53,161 bases of DNA from Myxococcota bacterium (GTDB lineage: Bacteria > Myxococcota > XYA12-FULL-58-9 > JABJBS01). The stretch covers positions 1-53,161 of the forward strand of contig JAYZAY010000009.1 in the NCBI GenBank assembly GCA_036339465.1, read 5' to 3'. Shown here one piece after another: positions 9,650 to 19,444 of the stretch. The position numbers and the translations under genes are program-made. Numbering within the stretch: position 1 is the first letter of the stretch; the number at the start of each line of letters is the position of its first letter. The notes under the pieces were generated by a model. It ran no database searches and had not been told where the DNA came from. It saw only the letters and a list, made by a program, of their open reading frames with translations.

Positions 9650-9778
9650 AATCTTCCTTCCGCGATCCCCCGAAAGCGACTAACCATAACACATGGCGCT
9701 AAGGCTCTCTGGGGCGTATTGGAGTGTTCCCTAGTACTTTACGTGAGAGGATTCTAAATCTAACTCCCACAAAGCAAC

Positions 9779-9807
9779 ACTATGCATAAGTCTTAGCACT
9801 AGGTCAA
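9779..9807 (-). promoter_or_regulatory. Candidate sigma70-type promoter for the helicase operon
   Basis: Minus strand TTGACC-17 nt-CATAGT, about 130 nt upstream of the ATG at 9649. Confidence 0.35.
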
Positions 9808-9947
9808 ACCCAAAACACCAACGATAAAAAACGCAATGATTTTGGTGTCTCCACACACGCTTGTAATGTTTCTTACAAATGGGGCTTGTCGAAACTCCCC
9901 ATCTTCGTAATTAGTAAGCATCCTATCCCCCTAACGAAGGAAAACCT

Positions 9948-12149
9948 ATGACTTCGAATACAATCAATACCGCAGGTCTTCTCAGCAGGCTCTTCCTTAT
10001 TTGTGTCATCACCTGCGAAGCGGCCTGTTCACACGATGAAATACTCCAAGAAAAGGATCCACCCAAGTGCATCGAACAAGTCAAGCCGGATTTGGGGAAT
10101 TCCGGATGCGGAGACGGGCAACGGTTCGTCCAAGGCAGGTGTCAACAAGAGCGTTGTGATGCCGACGAAACGACCCCCGAACTGTGTTGTGGCGGTCAAG
10201 TATGCGACGGGGGGGGGAGCTGCGCAATTCCTCAGGTTCGAATCGAAGAATGCGACGACGACGCCGGTTGCACCATTGGGCAAAAATGCCTCTTACGCCC
10301 TTTGATTACATCCGATGATTCCACAAATTCGAAGTCATGCGGTTGGCCAAAACCTACCGCAGACAACATCTGTGAACCAGGCTACCAACTATTTAACGAA
10401 CGCTGTGTTAAAGAAGCACCGTGCAACGGCCAATGTGGAAGTGGAAAAGTATGTAACATCGACACAAATTCCTGCGAAAGTCCCCCTTCGATGACAGGTT
10501 CTGACACCACCAGCTGTACTCAAAATTGCAAGGCAGGAGAACTCTTGGTTTATGCTTCACCCAACACCATGCTCTTTGACGGATGTTGTGAATTATCCTG
10601 TGAATGCAGTACCTTGCCTGACATTAACCTCGGTATTTGGGGAGCCTATTCCGACCTGGTCACCACCCCTGACAACCGGATATTCGCATCGGCGTACAAT
10701 GAAACATTCGGTGATTTGGTGGTCGTTGAATATGATTCGACTGGCACCGTGAAAGCGGTGGACTTCGTGGATGGTATACCCACCAGCGGTACCGCCGTCG
10801 CCAACCCAGCAGGACCACGTAACGGGCTCCAGGATGGGGGACCCAACGTTGGTACGCACACCGCGATTGCCACCGATGGAACCAGCCTATTCGTCGCCTA
10901 CCACGACGAGGACACCCATCGACTCAAATTTGCGGTTCGGGAACTTGCCACCAAGAACTGGAACGTATCCTATATAACCGACCAAAGTGAGGGAGACGTG
11001 GGCTACTATTCATCCATAGCCTTGGAGGGCTCAACCCCACATCTCAGTTACTATGCGCATCGAATTCCTGGTTCGCCAATATCCACAGGTGTTTATTACG
11101 CAGTCCCCAATCAATCCGCCCCAACTTCCCCCGATAATTGGACCAAGACACCGATCGAAACCTACCAAGGATGTGGTCAAGCTTGCGGCGAATCCAAAGA
11201 ATGTGTCGGCATGGACCAAGGCCCTGCTTGCCAAACGCCAAGTTCTTCCTGTCCATCTGCTTGCGGTTGTGATGAAATCTGCGTCGGCACGACATGCCGC
11301 CCAAAACGCCCTGAATTTATTGACCTGGCCTGCCCCTCAGGATGCGGCGATGAACAAGAATGTGTGTTGAATGATGGGGTCCCGAGCTGTGGTAGTCTCG
11401 ACGCCACCTGTGAAGATTGTACAGATCCCCAGTTTGCTTGTGTAACCAATGCGCAAGGTCAGCCCAGCTGCCTAGAGATCATCGCGGTATCAACATTGAG
11501 GGATTTGCCCCAGGGCGTCGGCCTTTTCTCCTCCATCGCCATCGTCTCAGGAGAGCCGCACATCGTCTACTACGATAGATTCAACAAGTCCCTGCGTGGA
11601 GCCAGCGGACTCGGCAACTTTTCCCCGGTCGCACTGGCATGCCAGGACAAAACCACAATTGATGCTGATCTTGATGTTGATGTCGGCCAGCAATCCACAA
11701 TTGTTCCCAACACTAACCGGGACTCGATGGCCATTCTCTACCAACTTGACGCGGGCAGACAACTCCGAACGCTATTGGCCGCAGATATGGCCACCGCCCA
11801 AATAACCCTCCCCGAAACCTCAGACAATGGAGAGAGGATCGGGCAAAACTCACCCAAACGTTTTGTGGGTGCGTATGTTGATGGCGTATACCAAAACGAC
11901 CGTCTTTTCATCGCTTACCAAGACCAAACCCAAAACGATCTGGTCATCAACACCCGGGAGACCGGCCATTGGCGAACTCCTGTCGCAGTTCTTTCTGAAG
12001 GAGCCTACGGCCGCTATGCGAACATCGCAGTTTTCGGCGAGAAATTGGTCGTTTCCACCTACCGCTATGAATTCGATGAAAATTCGAGTAACCAAAGCGG
12101 ATTGGTCGTCCAAGTGATTGATCCAGCTCAATATTTCACCATTGAATAG
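9948..12149 (+). CDS. Large cysteine-rich secreted protein or lipoprotein with beta-propeller-like segments
   Basis: Signal peptide ending ..EAACS; many Cys-rich modules interleaved with repeated GxYSSIA/HLSYY/IAYQD blade motifs. Confidence 0.75.
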   Translation: MTSNTINTAGLLSRLFLICVITCEAACSHDEILQEKDPPKCIEQVKPDLGNSGCGDGQRFVQGRCQQERCDADETTPELCCGGQVCDGGGSCAIPQVRIEECDDDAGCTIGQKCLLRPLITSDDSTNSKSCGWPKPTADNICEPGYQLFNERCVKEAPCNGQCGSGKVCNIDTNSCESPPSMTGSDTTSCTQNCKAGELLVYASPNTMLFDGCCELSCECSTLPDINLGIWGAYSDLVTTPDNRIFASAYNETFGDLVVVEYDSTGTVKAVDFVDGIPTSGTAVANPAGPRNGLQDGGPNVGTHTAIATDGTSLFVAYHDEDTHRLKFAVRELATKNWNVSYITDQSEGDVGYYSSIALEGSTPHLSYYAHRIPGSPISTGVYYAVPNQSAPTSPDNWTKTPIETYQGCGQACGESKECVGMDQGPACQTPSSSCPSACGCDEICVGTTCRPKRPEFIDLACPSGCGDEQECVLNDGVPSCGSLDATCEDCTDPQFACVTNAQGQPSCLEIIAVSTLRDLPQGVGLFSSIAIVSGEPHIVYYDRFNKSLRGASGLGNFSPVALACQDKTTIDADLDVDVGQQSTIVPNTNRDSMAILYQLDAGRQLRTLLAADMATAQITLPETSDNGERIGQNSPKRFVGAYVDGVYQNDRLFIAYQDQTQNDLVINTRETGHWRTPVAVLSEGAYGRYANIAVFGEKLVVSTYRYEFDENSSNQSGLVVQVIDPAQYFTIE

Positions 12150-12208
12150 GAAAGATTTCGCAAAAAAACAGATGGACCCACCACCCATACTTATGTTCCA
12201 ATAAATAC

Positions 12209-12607
12209 ATGACCAAAGGCCGCAGTAAGGATCACAAACCGCTACCCAGGGCACCCAAGAATCCTTTCGCTCCAAATTCCAGAAAATTCTCCAACGAGGG
12301 TCTACTGGATCCCCTGGATCTAGAACAGTTCCAACCCCATGCAGGTCTTGTTCAGCAAACCATGTACGGACTCGATGACGTATCCAGCGCACCCGTCGAG
12401 AAGATGAATGAGTCGCCCCTTAGCTCCACCTCAGACCTCAGAGAGTGGGTCCAGAGAAGAACTCACCGGTACCAGACCAAGAACGTGGGTCAAGGTGTAA
12501 CCATCGACTTCCCCAGGCGTTGGGCCACCCAAAGAGGCCGCTATGCAAACTTTTCAATCGGCGGCTCCGGAAATTTCTTTTTGGTCCGCGCCCGGGCATC
12601 ATTCTAG
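12209..12607 (+). CDS. Hypothetical protein
   Basis: 132-aa ORF filling the gap after the Cys-rich gene and ending in a beta-strand-like FFLVRARASF; no recognised family. Confidence 0.35.
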   Translation: MTKGRSKDHKPLPRAPKNPFAPNSRKFSNEGLLDPLDLEQFQPHAGLVQQTMYGLDDVSSAPVEKMNESPLSSTSDLREWVQRRTHRYQTKNVGQGVTIDFPRRWATQRGRYANFSIGGSGNFFLVRARASF

Positions 12608-12660
12608 AAGCTCTAGCCAAGGGGCCTACCCATACGCTACGCAAAAGTAAGCATCACCAA

Positions 12661-12726
12661 CGAAGTAAGCGTCCGTAAAAAGCGAAATAAGCGTCCGTAA
12701 AAAGCGAAATAAGCGTCCGTAAAAAG
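12661..12726. repeat. 3 x 22-bp tandem repeat
   Basis: CGAA(G/A)TAAGCGTCCGTAAAAAG at 12661, 12683 and 12705, with one mismatch. Confidence 0.95.
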
Positions 12727-12785
12727 ATAGGGGTACCGACGGCTATGCAGCTTGCTCTTAACCACATTCCTAACTCGTAGAAACA

Positions 12786-12872
12786 TGGTGCCGGTGGAGG
12801 GAATCGAACCCCCACTCCCTTTCGAGAAACGGATTTTGAATCCGTCGCGTCTACCAATTCCGCCACACCGGC
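12786..12872 (-). tRNA. tRNA-Leu(CAA), 87 nt, encoded CCA
   Basis: Reverse complement GCCGGTGTGGCGGAATTGGTAGACGCG-ACGGA-TTCAAAA-TCCGT, long variable arm, GGTTCGATTCC, ACCGGCACCA. Confidence 0.97.
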
Positions 12873-13043
12873 AGTGCGGGAGACGCCAACTAGCAGTTCG
12901 TGAGTGAACCAGCAAGTTCTTTATCAAAGACCTTCACTTTTCGAGCTCTGCGTCGATGTGACTACACCCCAAAAAAGCTAAAGTCATTACCCCACTCATT
13001 GGTAAAATGCTGCCAAACCAATAACGAAAGAGGAACGTCAATT

Positions 13044-13409
13044 ATGCACCCTGACATCGCCTATCCGTGGACTCTCTGGCTACTCGTCACAACAAACTTA
13101 TCCGCATTGATTTGGACCATCCGATTATTGACACGAGCGAAAAAAGACATTCAAGCCCAGCAACTCAGTATTAAGGGCCTCGTGAAAACACAATCGGAAC
13201 TACATCAAGAGATCCAGGTCCTTAAAACTCTCCTTTTAGAAACGAAAATAATCACAAAATCGGATCTTATTAACAAGCATCTTCAACGGCTTAAACAAAT
13301 CCCACTAACCCTGCCTAATCGCCCCGAAACCCAAGGATTACGAAGTATCCTAAAGCTCCCAGAACTCTTTCGTCTTGGAAAAGGCAACGACAACGATACA
13401 TTTCACTAG
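13044..13409 (+). CDS. Hypothetical membrane-anchored coiled-coil protein
   Basis: ATG at 13044 with SD AGAGGA; N-terminal TM segment followed by a heptad-like region. Confidence 0.55.
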   Translation: MHPDIAYPWTLWLLVTTNLSALIWTIRLLTRAKKDIQAQQLSIKGLVKTQSELHQEIQVLKTLLLETKIITKSDLINKHLQRLKQIPLTLPNRPETQGLRSILKLPELFRLGKGNDNDTFH

Positions 13410-13454
13410 TACACATGACTTGCCTAGGATCTCTCGTACTGCTTAAATGAGGGT

Positions 13455-14774
13455 ATGAATATAACCTTTGCCGCTCGAACCGACGTCGGTCGCATTCGCA
13501 GTAACAATGAAGATGCTTTTTTCGTGTGTGAAGACACGCCTTGTGCAATTGTCTGTGACGGCATGGGTGGACACAATGCCGGTGAAGTTGCATCCCAAAT
13601 TGCGATAGACATCATTTCTAAGAATCTTAAGTCCTCACGCGTAAAAAAGCTATTGGAGGCTTATGCCGAAAGCCAAGCTCCCGATTGTCTTAAGAACCTA
13701 CAGCAAATCCTCGAAAAAACCGTTTTGGACGCAGGCCAAGAGATATTCACCCAATCAACGACAAACCGCGCCCAGGCGGGCATGGGAACAACCTGCACCG
13801 CCGTGCTCATGGCGCCCCATGGCAAATGCTTGGCTGCTCACGTTGGAGACTCGCGCCTCTACCTAATTAGAAACCAGAAGACTCACCAACTCACCACGGA
13901 CCACACGTTCGTAAGCGAACTCGTCAAGCGAGGTCTCCTCGCTGCGGACGAAGCAGAGAGCCATCCGCAAGGCAATGTGCTTTCCAGAGCGCTTGGTGTA
14001 CAACCCTCCGTAGCAGTTGATATTACGATCTTTGATGTAGACCAAGACGACATCCTCATGCTTTGCAGTGACGGTTTGTCCGGCTACATCCACGAAGAAA
14101 AAGACTTAGTCGAACATTTTCAGCAAATACCCAGTCCAGATGGTGCCATTGATGCGTTGGTTACGAGTGCCCTAGAGCGTGGCGGACATGACAATATTAC
14201 AGCTGTCGCTCTCTACCTTTCCACCGATGAGGTGGCCCCTAGCCATGATATCTCGGCTTCTCGGCGTTTGAGCGTTCTGAAACAAATTCCACTCTTCAAA
14301 CACCTCAGCTATAATGAACTCGTCAAGCTTCTGGGGATAACTCAAACCCAGAAGCACTTAGCAGGTACTTATCTTTTCCAAGAAGGTGACATTGGAAAAA
14401 TAATGTACGTCATACTCAACGGAAAGTTAGAAGTTCTCAACGGAGAAAACTCTATCGCCAGCCTTGGACCAGGAGCCCACTTTGGCGAAATGTCATTGGT
14501 TGACAACGCGCCACGCTCGGCCTCTGTCCGCACTAAAACCGATTCCCGTGTTTTAGCCATTCGTCGACAGGAGTTTTTTCACGTCATTCGTAATGAACCG
14601 GTGGTCGGAACAAAATTGCTGTGGAGTCTCGTCCAGGTGCTAAGCAATCGCCTCCGCGACACAAACTCCGCCACCAAAACAGCAAAAAACCTTCTTGTTA
14701 GCCATCAACTAAGCCCCAATGACTTCGAAATAGATTTCGAGAACATAGATAAAAACTGTCATCCCCATGAGTAA
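13455..14774 (+). CDS. PP2C-family Ser/Thr phosphatase fused to a cyclic-nucleotide-binding domain
   Basis: NNEDA, VCDGMGGHNAGE, GMGTT, HVGDSRLY, LCSDGL, GGHDNIT; C-terminal HFGEMSLVDNAPRSASV phosphate-binding cassette. Confidence 0.92.
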   Translation: MNITFAARTDVGRIRSNNEDAFFVCEDTPCAIVCDGMGGHNAGEVASQIAIDIISKNLKSSRVKKLLEAYAESQAPDCLKNLQQILEKTVLDAGQEIFTQSTTNRAQAGMGTTCTAVLMAPHGKCLAAHVGDSRLYLIRNQKTHQLTTDHTFVSELVKRGLLAADEAESHPQGNVLSRALGVQPSVAVDITIFDVDQDDILMLCSDGLSGYIHEEKDLVEHFQQIPSPDGAIDALVTSALERGGHDNITAVALYLSTDEVAPSHDISASRRLSVLKQIPLFKHLSYNELVKLLGITQTQKHLAGTYLFQEGDIGKIMYVILNGKLEVLNGENSIASLGPGAHFGEMSLVDNAPRSASVRTKTDSRVLAIRRQEFFHVIRNEPVVGTKLLWSLVQVLSNRLRDTNSATKTAKNLLVSHQLSPNDFEIDFENIDKNCHPHE

Positions 14775-15681
14775 AGAACGCGAAGATAAAACCATCGTTT
14801 CCTCGGTGCACTCCAGACAAGCACGCCCTAAGAACGCGTCTTTGGTGCAAATATATGGCACAGATCTCGGTAGGCGTTTTATCATAACCGAAGATTTCAC
14901 GATTGGTAGAGATGAACGAAATCACCTCGTCCTACTCGATGAAAATGTCTCTAGATTTCACGCCCAACTCTCGGTTCGAGAAGCTATTTATTTGGTCGAT
15001 AAAGAAAGTACGAACGGAACTTGGGTCAACGACGAAGTTATTGAAGTTCATCGTCTCAACAACGGCGATATTATCCAAATCGGCTCATGTATATTAAAAT
15101 ATATAAGTAGCGGAAATGCCGAAGCCCTTTACTACGAAGAAATCTATCAAATGATGATCAAGGATGGACTCACCGGCGTGGCCAATCGCCGGTACCTAGA
15201 TGAATTCTTAGAACGTGAATTGGCGGGCGCACTAAGACATGAACGACCGCTGTCAATTGCCGTGGTCGATGCAGATCGGTTTAAGTCCATCAATGATAAT
15301 CACGGTCATGTCGCTGGGGATCTCGTGCTCAAACAGTTGGCGCAAACCATCAACAAGACCATTCGCCGCGATGAACTACTCGCACGCTATGGAGGCGAAG
15401 AATTCTTGGTGGTCATGCCCGAAAGTAATCTTGAGCAAGCCACTGTTTTGGGCGAAAAAATTCGCCATATGGTGGAACAAACCCCAGTAACTTTCGAAAA
15501 TCAGAGAATTCCGGTAACGGTTTCAATCGGTATCGCCGAGCTCTCCCCTCAAGCGACTTGCCCAGAAGCCTTTATTCAACTCGCCGATTCAGCGCTTTAT
15601 CGCGCAAAAAAATTAGGAAGAAATCAGGTACAGGTGTACTGCCCTGCCCAAGACGCAAGTAACACCGATAACAAGCTCTAG
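14767..15681 (+). CDS. FHA-domain diguanylate cyclase (DgcB-like architecture)
   Basis: FHA motifs IGR, SRFHA, STNGT; DGLTG, DADRFKSINDNHGH, ARYGGEEF; overlaps the phosphatase gene by 8 nt. Confidence 0.92.
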   Translation: MSKEREDKTIVSSVHSRQARPKNASLVQIYGTDLGRRFIITEDFTIGRDERNHLVLLDENVSRFHAQLSVREAIYLVDKESTNGTWVNDEVIEVHRLNNGDIIQIGSCILKYISSGNAEALYYEEIYQMMIKDGLTGVANRRYLDEFLERELAGALRHERPLSIAVVDADRFKSINDNHGHVAGDLVLKQLAQTINKTIRRDELLARYGGEEFLVVMPESNLEQATVLGEKIRHMVEQTPVTFENQRIPVTVSIGIAELSPQATCPEAFIQLADSALYRAKKLGRNQVQVYCPAQDASNTDNKL

Positions 15682-16035
15682 GTCACACACCTATCACACA
15701 AATTGGCCCCACGAGACGACGACCAGAAACGCCCCGCTGTGAATGTGGGGAATAATCGAACCTGCCCGCCAAGTTAACCGGCCGGAATGGGGAAAATCCA
15801 GACCACGATGCAAAAATTCATGGCCTGAATTCACCAAACCACTTCAGAATTTCACAACGACCGCTTTACGAATACCATTACCACGAGTATAAACTCCGCC
15901 GACCTCGGATGCCCACTGAGTGTTCGTTTCACGTCGATCACCATGGCCACTGATGGTTAAACGTGTATCGGGCTCAAATAACATTGAGGTCGTTTTGTAA
16001 GGGTCCCCTATAAACAATCATCGCGGAGAAATATA

Positions 16036-16941
16036 ATGAAGTCGGTCATTGGATGGTTCTTAGCACTGGCACTCGTCGTAGGAGCTGGTGGGTTTGGATT
16101 AAAGACCTATCGAGATACGAATCGAGAACATGCATATGAACTAAAGTTGCGTGACTTAAAGGTCGCTTTCGAAAGAAAGAGCTTGGGTCTAGCCCTCGTT
16201 GAAAAAGACAAATATGTAACCGAGCTAGGTGTGCACCTAACTCGCTATTTCAACGAAATTCGAAAACTCGGAAAAGAGTACCCAGACCTCCAAGATATCG
16301 AACGACAGTACAAATACGGCGAAAATCGCCTCGAAAAGGGGTTTATGACCTTGGCCAACAAGGAGGCAAGGGATGAACGCATCAAGCTAAGCCTTCACCT
16401 CATGGAAAAAATGAAAATGGGTCAATACCGTCCCCTTTACACCTCGGTGGATAAAGCATTCAGATTTGACATCTATGATATCTCCCCCGCGAAGCTCGAA
16501 GGACAAGATGGAATCAAATTCGCATTCGTACACTGGGGTGCATACGGCCCAGTCCAGTACGACATGATAGAAGGCACTTTTGAGGTGGAGCAGGAAAAAG
16601 GCAAGCCAGTTGAGATTCCTCAAATTCTCGGTGAAGGCCAACCACCAACCCTTCAATTGAAGCCTGAAAAATGGGTCAATGAATTCTTTCCTGGCATAGA
16701 AGTTGGGTACTACCTCTTCCCCAAATTTCCTCAGCAAGCCAAAGCGATCAATCTGAAGTTTGATTTCTCAATCCGCTCGGTTGGCGGCTCAAGTATTCCC
16801 ATCAAAGCCGTTTTTCCTCCGATCGCCATTGCTGATGCATGGAAGATCGGCGAAGGAAAAGAATGGCGTGCCCAAGAGCGGTTCGTAAGCGACGAAGAAC
16901 TAAAGCGCTTGGGCAAAAAGCCACAAGTTAGCACCAAATAA
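16036..16941 (+). CDS. Hypothetical membrane-anchored protein (myxobacterial-type)
   Basis: SD GGAG; N-terminal TM segment; 301-aa ORF with PEKWVNEFFPG..GYY and WK..EG..W motifs. Confidence 0.7.
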   Translation: MKSVIGWFLALALVVGAGGFGLKTYRDTNREHAYELKLRDLKVAFERKSLGLALVEKDKYVTELGVHLTRYFNEIRKLGKEYPDLQDIERQYKYGENRLEKGFMTLANKEARDERIKLSLHLMEKMKMGQYRPLYTSVDKAFRFDIYDISPAKLEGQDGIKFAFVHWGAYGPVQYDMIEGTFEVEQEKGKPVEIPQILGEGQPPTLQLKPEKWVNEFFPGIEVGYYLFPKFPQQAKAINLKFDFSIRSVGGSSIPIKAVFPPIAIADAWKIGEGKEWRAQERFVSDEELKRLGKKPQVSTK

Positions 16942-17094
16942 GTGCCCACGATTCCGATGGCCTGTCCCGGCGGGATCCTCCACACCACCGTCAAATAACC
17001 ATGCGGTGATAGATAGACCCGTTCGCTTTTTAGGCTGGTGCGTACACAAAAACCGGCTGGGTTAGATTCATTATTTATGCTTCAGTATTTCCAA

Positions 17095-17358
17095 TCAGAT
17101 TGACGTTCTACGAAGCCGTTTCTCTAACAAATCCAGTCTGCGCTCCAAACGAGCGACCTCCTGTGGGGTAACAAGCGCCGCCGTACTCAGGGCCCGCTTA
17201 CTATGGGCTTGTTGGAACCGGCGACTCTCATCCATAGCCTTTCGGCCTGCTGCAGTCACCGATTCCCTATATTCAGCTGTCGGGTAATGCGCCAAATTTG
17301 GACAACCACCGAGGTCCGTGGCCGCCCTCTGCTATTTGTCGAACCAATTGGACTGCAT
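17095..17358 (-). pseudogene. Short PhaE/phasin-like C-terminal coiled-coil gene interrupted by an in-frame TAG at codon 9
   Basis: ATG at 17358 (SD GGGGA) gives MQSNWFDK*QRAATDL... in frame with ...VTPQEVARLERRLDLLEKRL; TAG at 17334-17332. Confidence 0.45.
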
Positions 17359-17380
17359 TCAAATTTCCCCGCTTTGAAAA

Positions 17381-18472
17381 CTATAACTTTTCTGCACCAG
17401 CGGATCTGCGGTGAATTTCATATTTCGCTTTGCCGCCCTTAAAAGTCACGACCGCCGCCATCCCCACAGATTCTGATTTATCATTCATAGCCCAGCGCAC
17501 AGAATCGGCAGGTCCTGGATTCAAATATAAGCTGGGATGCCACTCACCGGGTGAGAGTATCGAAGCGCCCGTCAAACCAGTCGCTTTTCCACCGGCTTCG
17601 TGGATATTTCCAAAGATACCGCACTGAATCCCCTGGGATTTCACCAGCTCTAGCATCGCAGGATCCCCCGTATGCTTGCCATCCGCCGTCATATCGATTG
17701 CCATATCGCCGGTCATTTGCGGTCCGCCATGTGACACGAGGACCCGCGGCAAACCGGCAGGAGCTTTGCTCAGAGCACCGGTGAGAGCGTCGATGTCTGC
17801 TTTACCATACAGGCAACCATCCTTCGCGTGCAGATATTCCGGGTCAAAATAGCCTGGCAGTGAATAGAGCGCCCCGACCGGAGTAACGACGGTTCGAATC
17901 TGATTGAAGTTTTGGACCAAAGGATTCTTAGCATTGGCAGTCTGCAGGCCTCTGGTAAACACCCCCCGCCCTTCACGATTACCAATAACCGCCAGTACAG
18001 GCACCTGAAGTTTAACCAAAACATCCAATCCAGCCACAATATCTTCTTCGGATTCGCCTAGGTCTCCGGTGATGAGCACAAGTTGTACTTTGGCTTTCTC
18101 AAATTCTGTCCGAAATGCTTCAAGATTCCTAAGGTTAGCCTCTGACGCATCCTTGATGTCGCTCAGTACACCCACTCTCAATTCCGCCATCGATGTGCCG
18201 GTATACCGCAACGTGGACCCACTCCTTTCCCAGCTTCCACCCTGCACTTCCAAATCCTGCTTTGGGCCTTCGCCAAACTTCCCAACACATGCTGGGTCAG
18301 TGGTGCCAGTGGTATCCTCACCCTTGATTTCAGGCGCCTTGACATCAACCTTCTCCGCCTTCTGAACGGCAGGCACCTTAACTTCCGCGGCAGCTTCTTC
18401 TTTTTTCTGACATCCAAAAGTGACTGCAACCATAAGACTCGCAAATAAAAGCCCAACTATCCGATATGACAT
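17381..18472 (-). CDS. Calcineurin-like metallophosphoesterase lipoprotein
   Basis: Lipobox VTFGC; motifs SDIK, TGDL, GNRE, VSHG, GNIHE; start moved to 18472 (SD GAGGGG). Confidence 0.75.
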   Translation of the reverse strand: MSYRIVGLLFASLMVAVTFGCQKKEEAAAEVKVPAVQKAEKVDVKAPEIKGEDTTGTTDPACVGKFGEGPKQDLEVQGGSWERSGSTLRYTGTSMAELRVGVLSDIKDASEANLRNLEAFRTEFEKAKVQLVLITGDLGESEEDIVAGLDVLVKLQVPVLAVIGNREGRGVFTRGLQTANAKNPLVQNFNQIRTVVTPVGALYSLPGYFDPEYLHAKDGCLYGKADIDALTGALSKAPAGLPRVLVSHGGPQMTGDMAIDMTADGKHTGDPAMLELVKSQGIQCGIFGNIHEAGGKATGLTGASILSPGEWHPSLYLNPGPADSVRWAMNDKSESVGMAAVVTFKGGKAKYEIHRRSAGAEKL

Positions 18473-18553
18473 TGATTCCCCCTCACCCATTCTTAGGGCG
18501 TTATTTGAAATATGCGTTCCCACAGCCGTTGTAGCACAAAATGGGATGCCAAT

Positions 18554-19444
18554 CTATTGGCGTCCCACTTTGAAACTTATGTCGGCAAGTGCTTCCTTCG
18601 CCGCGAGCTGTACTTGCAACGAAGGATGGCCCCCCGCCATCGTAACCAAGAATGCATAAGCTCTCCTCCCACCCAGAGCGCCGATGGCATAAATAACCTG
18701 TCGAACAAAATCATCATCCTGGCGATGCGTCAATGCAACGAGTGTGTCCACCGCCGATGAATCTCCCAATTCCGCGAGTGCCCCTACCAACCTCAGGCGA
18801 AGTCGACGATTTTTTTCACCTTTTGCTGATTCACACAAAGCCTTAACGAGCCCTTTGGGGCGCCGCTCTAAGAGACGCTCCACCGCAAATCGTCGATAAC
18901 GAACGTCGGAATGACTCAAAAAATCCAGCATTGCCTCAGGCGCCTGATGAGCCTTGCTAACAAACCGCGTTAAGTTGGGTAGCGTTTTATCGAGTCCGCC
19001 AAGAACAATCCCCATAAGATCAGTCCCATCAACTGCATAATAACCAATTTCATAGGCCGCAAGAGCGGGTTTCTTTGACCGTAGCGCAACTGAAATGACT
19101 CTCCCTTTTGTCCCCCCAACCATCTGCCCACCGGCAGCCATCGCCACCACCGGGCCCAGTTTAATTTCAAGTATATAGCCTTGCTCCCCTGGTCTCCATG
19201 CCAACACATTTCCAGACTGTTTTAACAATTCAATGCACTTGTCTCGGACAACCTGGCTTTGAGCCTCGGCAATCACCCCATGGTCAGCAACTTCAAAATC
19301 GATGCTGCTCACCCGCACCGTCGCCGCTGACTGACAGCTCACAAATCCCATAGCGACACACAACGTGCCTACGACAATCCGAAACCATCCCCCATGGTGC
19401 CGCCCCGGATTTCGAGACATCAACACAGCTTCTTTAATCCACAT
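18554..19444 (-). CDS. HEAT-repeat lipoprotein
   Basis: Lipobox FVSC; C-terminal HEAT_2-like repeats (VGALAELGDSSAVDTLV, VRQVIYAIGALGG). Start is 19444 or 19420. Confidence 0.7.
   Translation of the reverse strand: MWIKEAVLMSRNPGRHHGGWFRIVVGTLCVAMGFVSCQSAATVRVSSIDFEVADHGVIAEAQSQVVRDKCIELLKQSGNVLAWRPGEQGYILEIKLGPVVAMAAGGQMVGGTKGRVISVALRSKKPALAAYEIGYYAVDGTDLMGIVLGGLDKTLPNLTRFVSKAHQAPEAMLDFLSHSDVRYRRFAVERLLERRPKGLVKALCESAKGEKNRRLRLRLVGALAELGDSSAVDTLVALTHRQDDDFVRQVIYAIGALGGRRAYAFLVTMAGGHPSLQVQLAAKEALADISFKVGRQ

Noticed and set aside
12661..12726. CRISPR array
   Set aside because: The repeats are directly adjacent with no spacers, and there are no cas genes in the window.
12209..12872. Integrative element at the tRNA-Leu 3' end
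   Set aside because: No integrase and no duplicated tRNA 3' end (att site) seen in the window.
12637..12927. 96-aa and 70-aa minus-strand ORFs
   Set aside because: They overlap the tRNA and the tandem repeat; spurious.
15682..16035. Possible ncRNA in the 350-nt gap after the diguanylate cyclase
   Set aside because: No strong stems or known RNA signatures seen.
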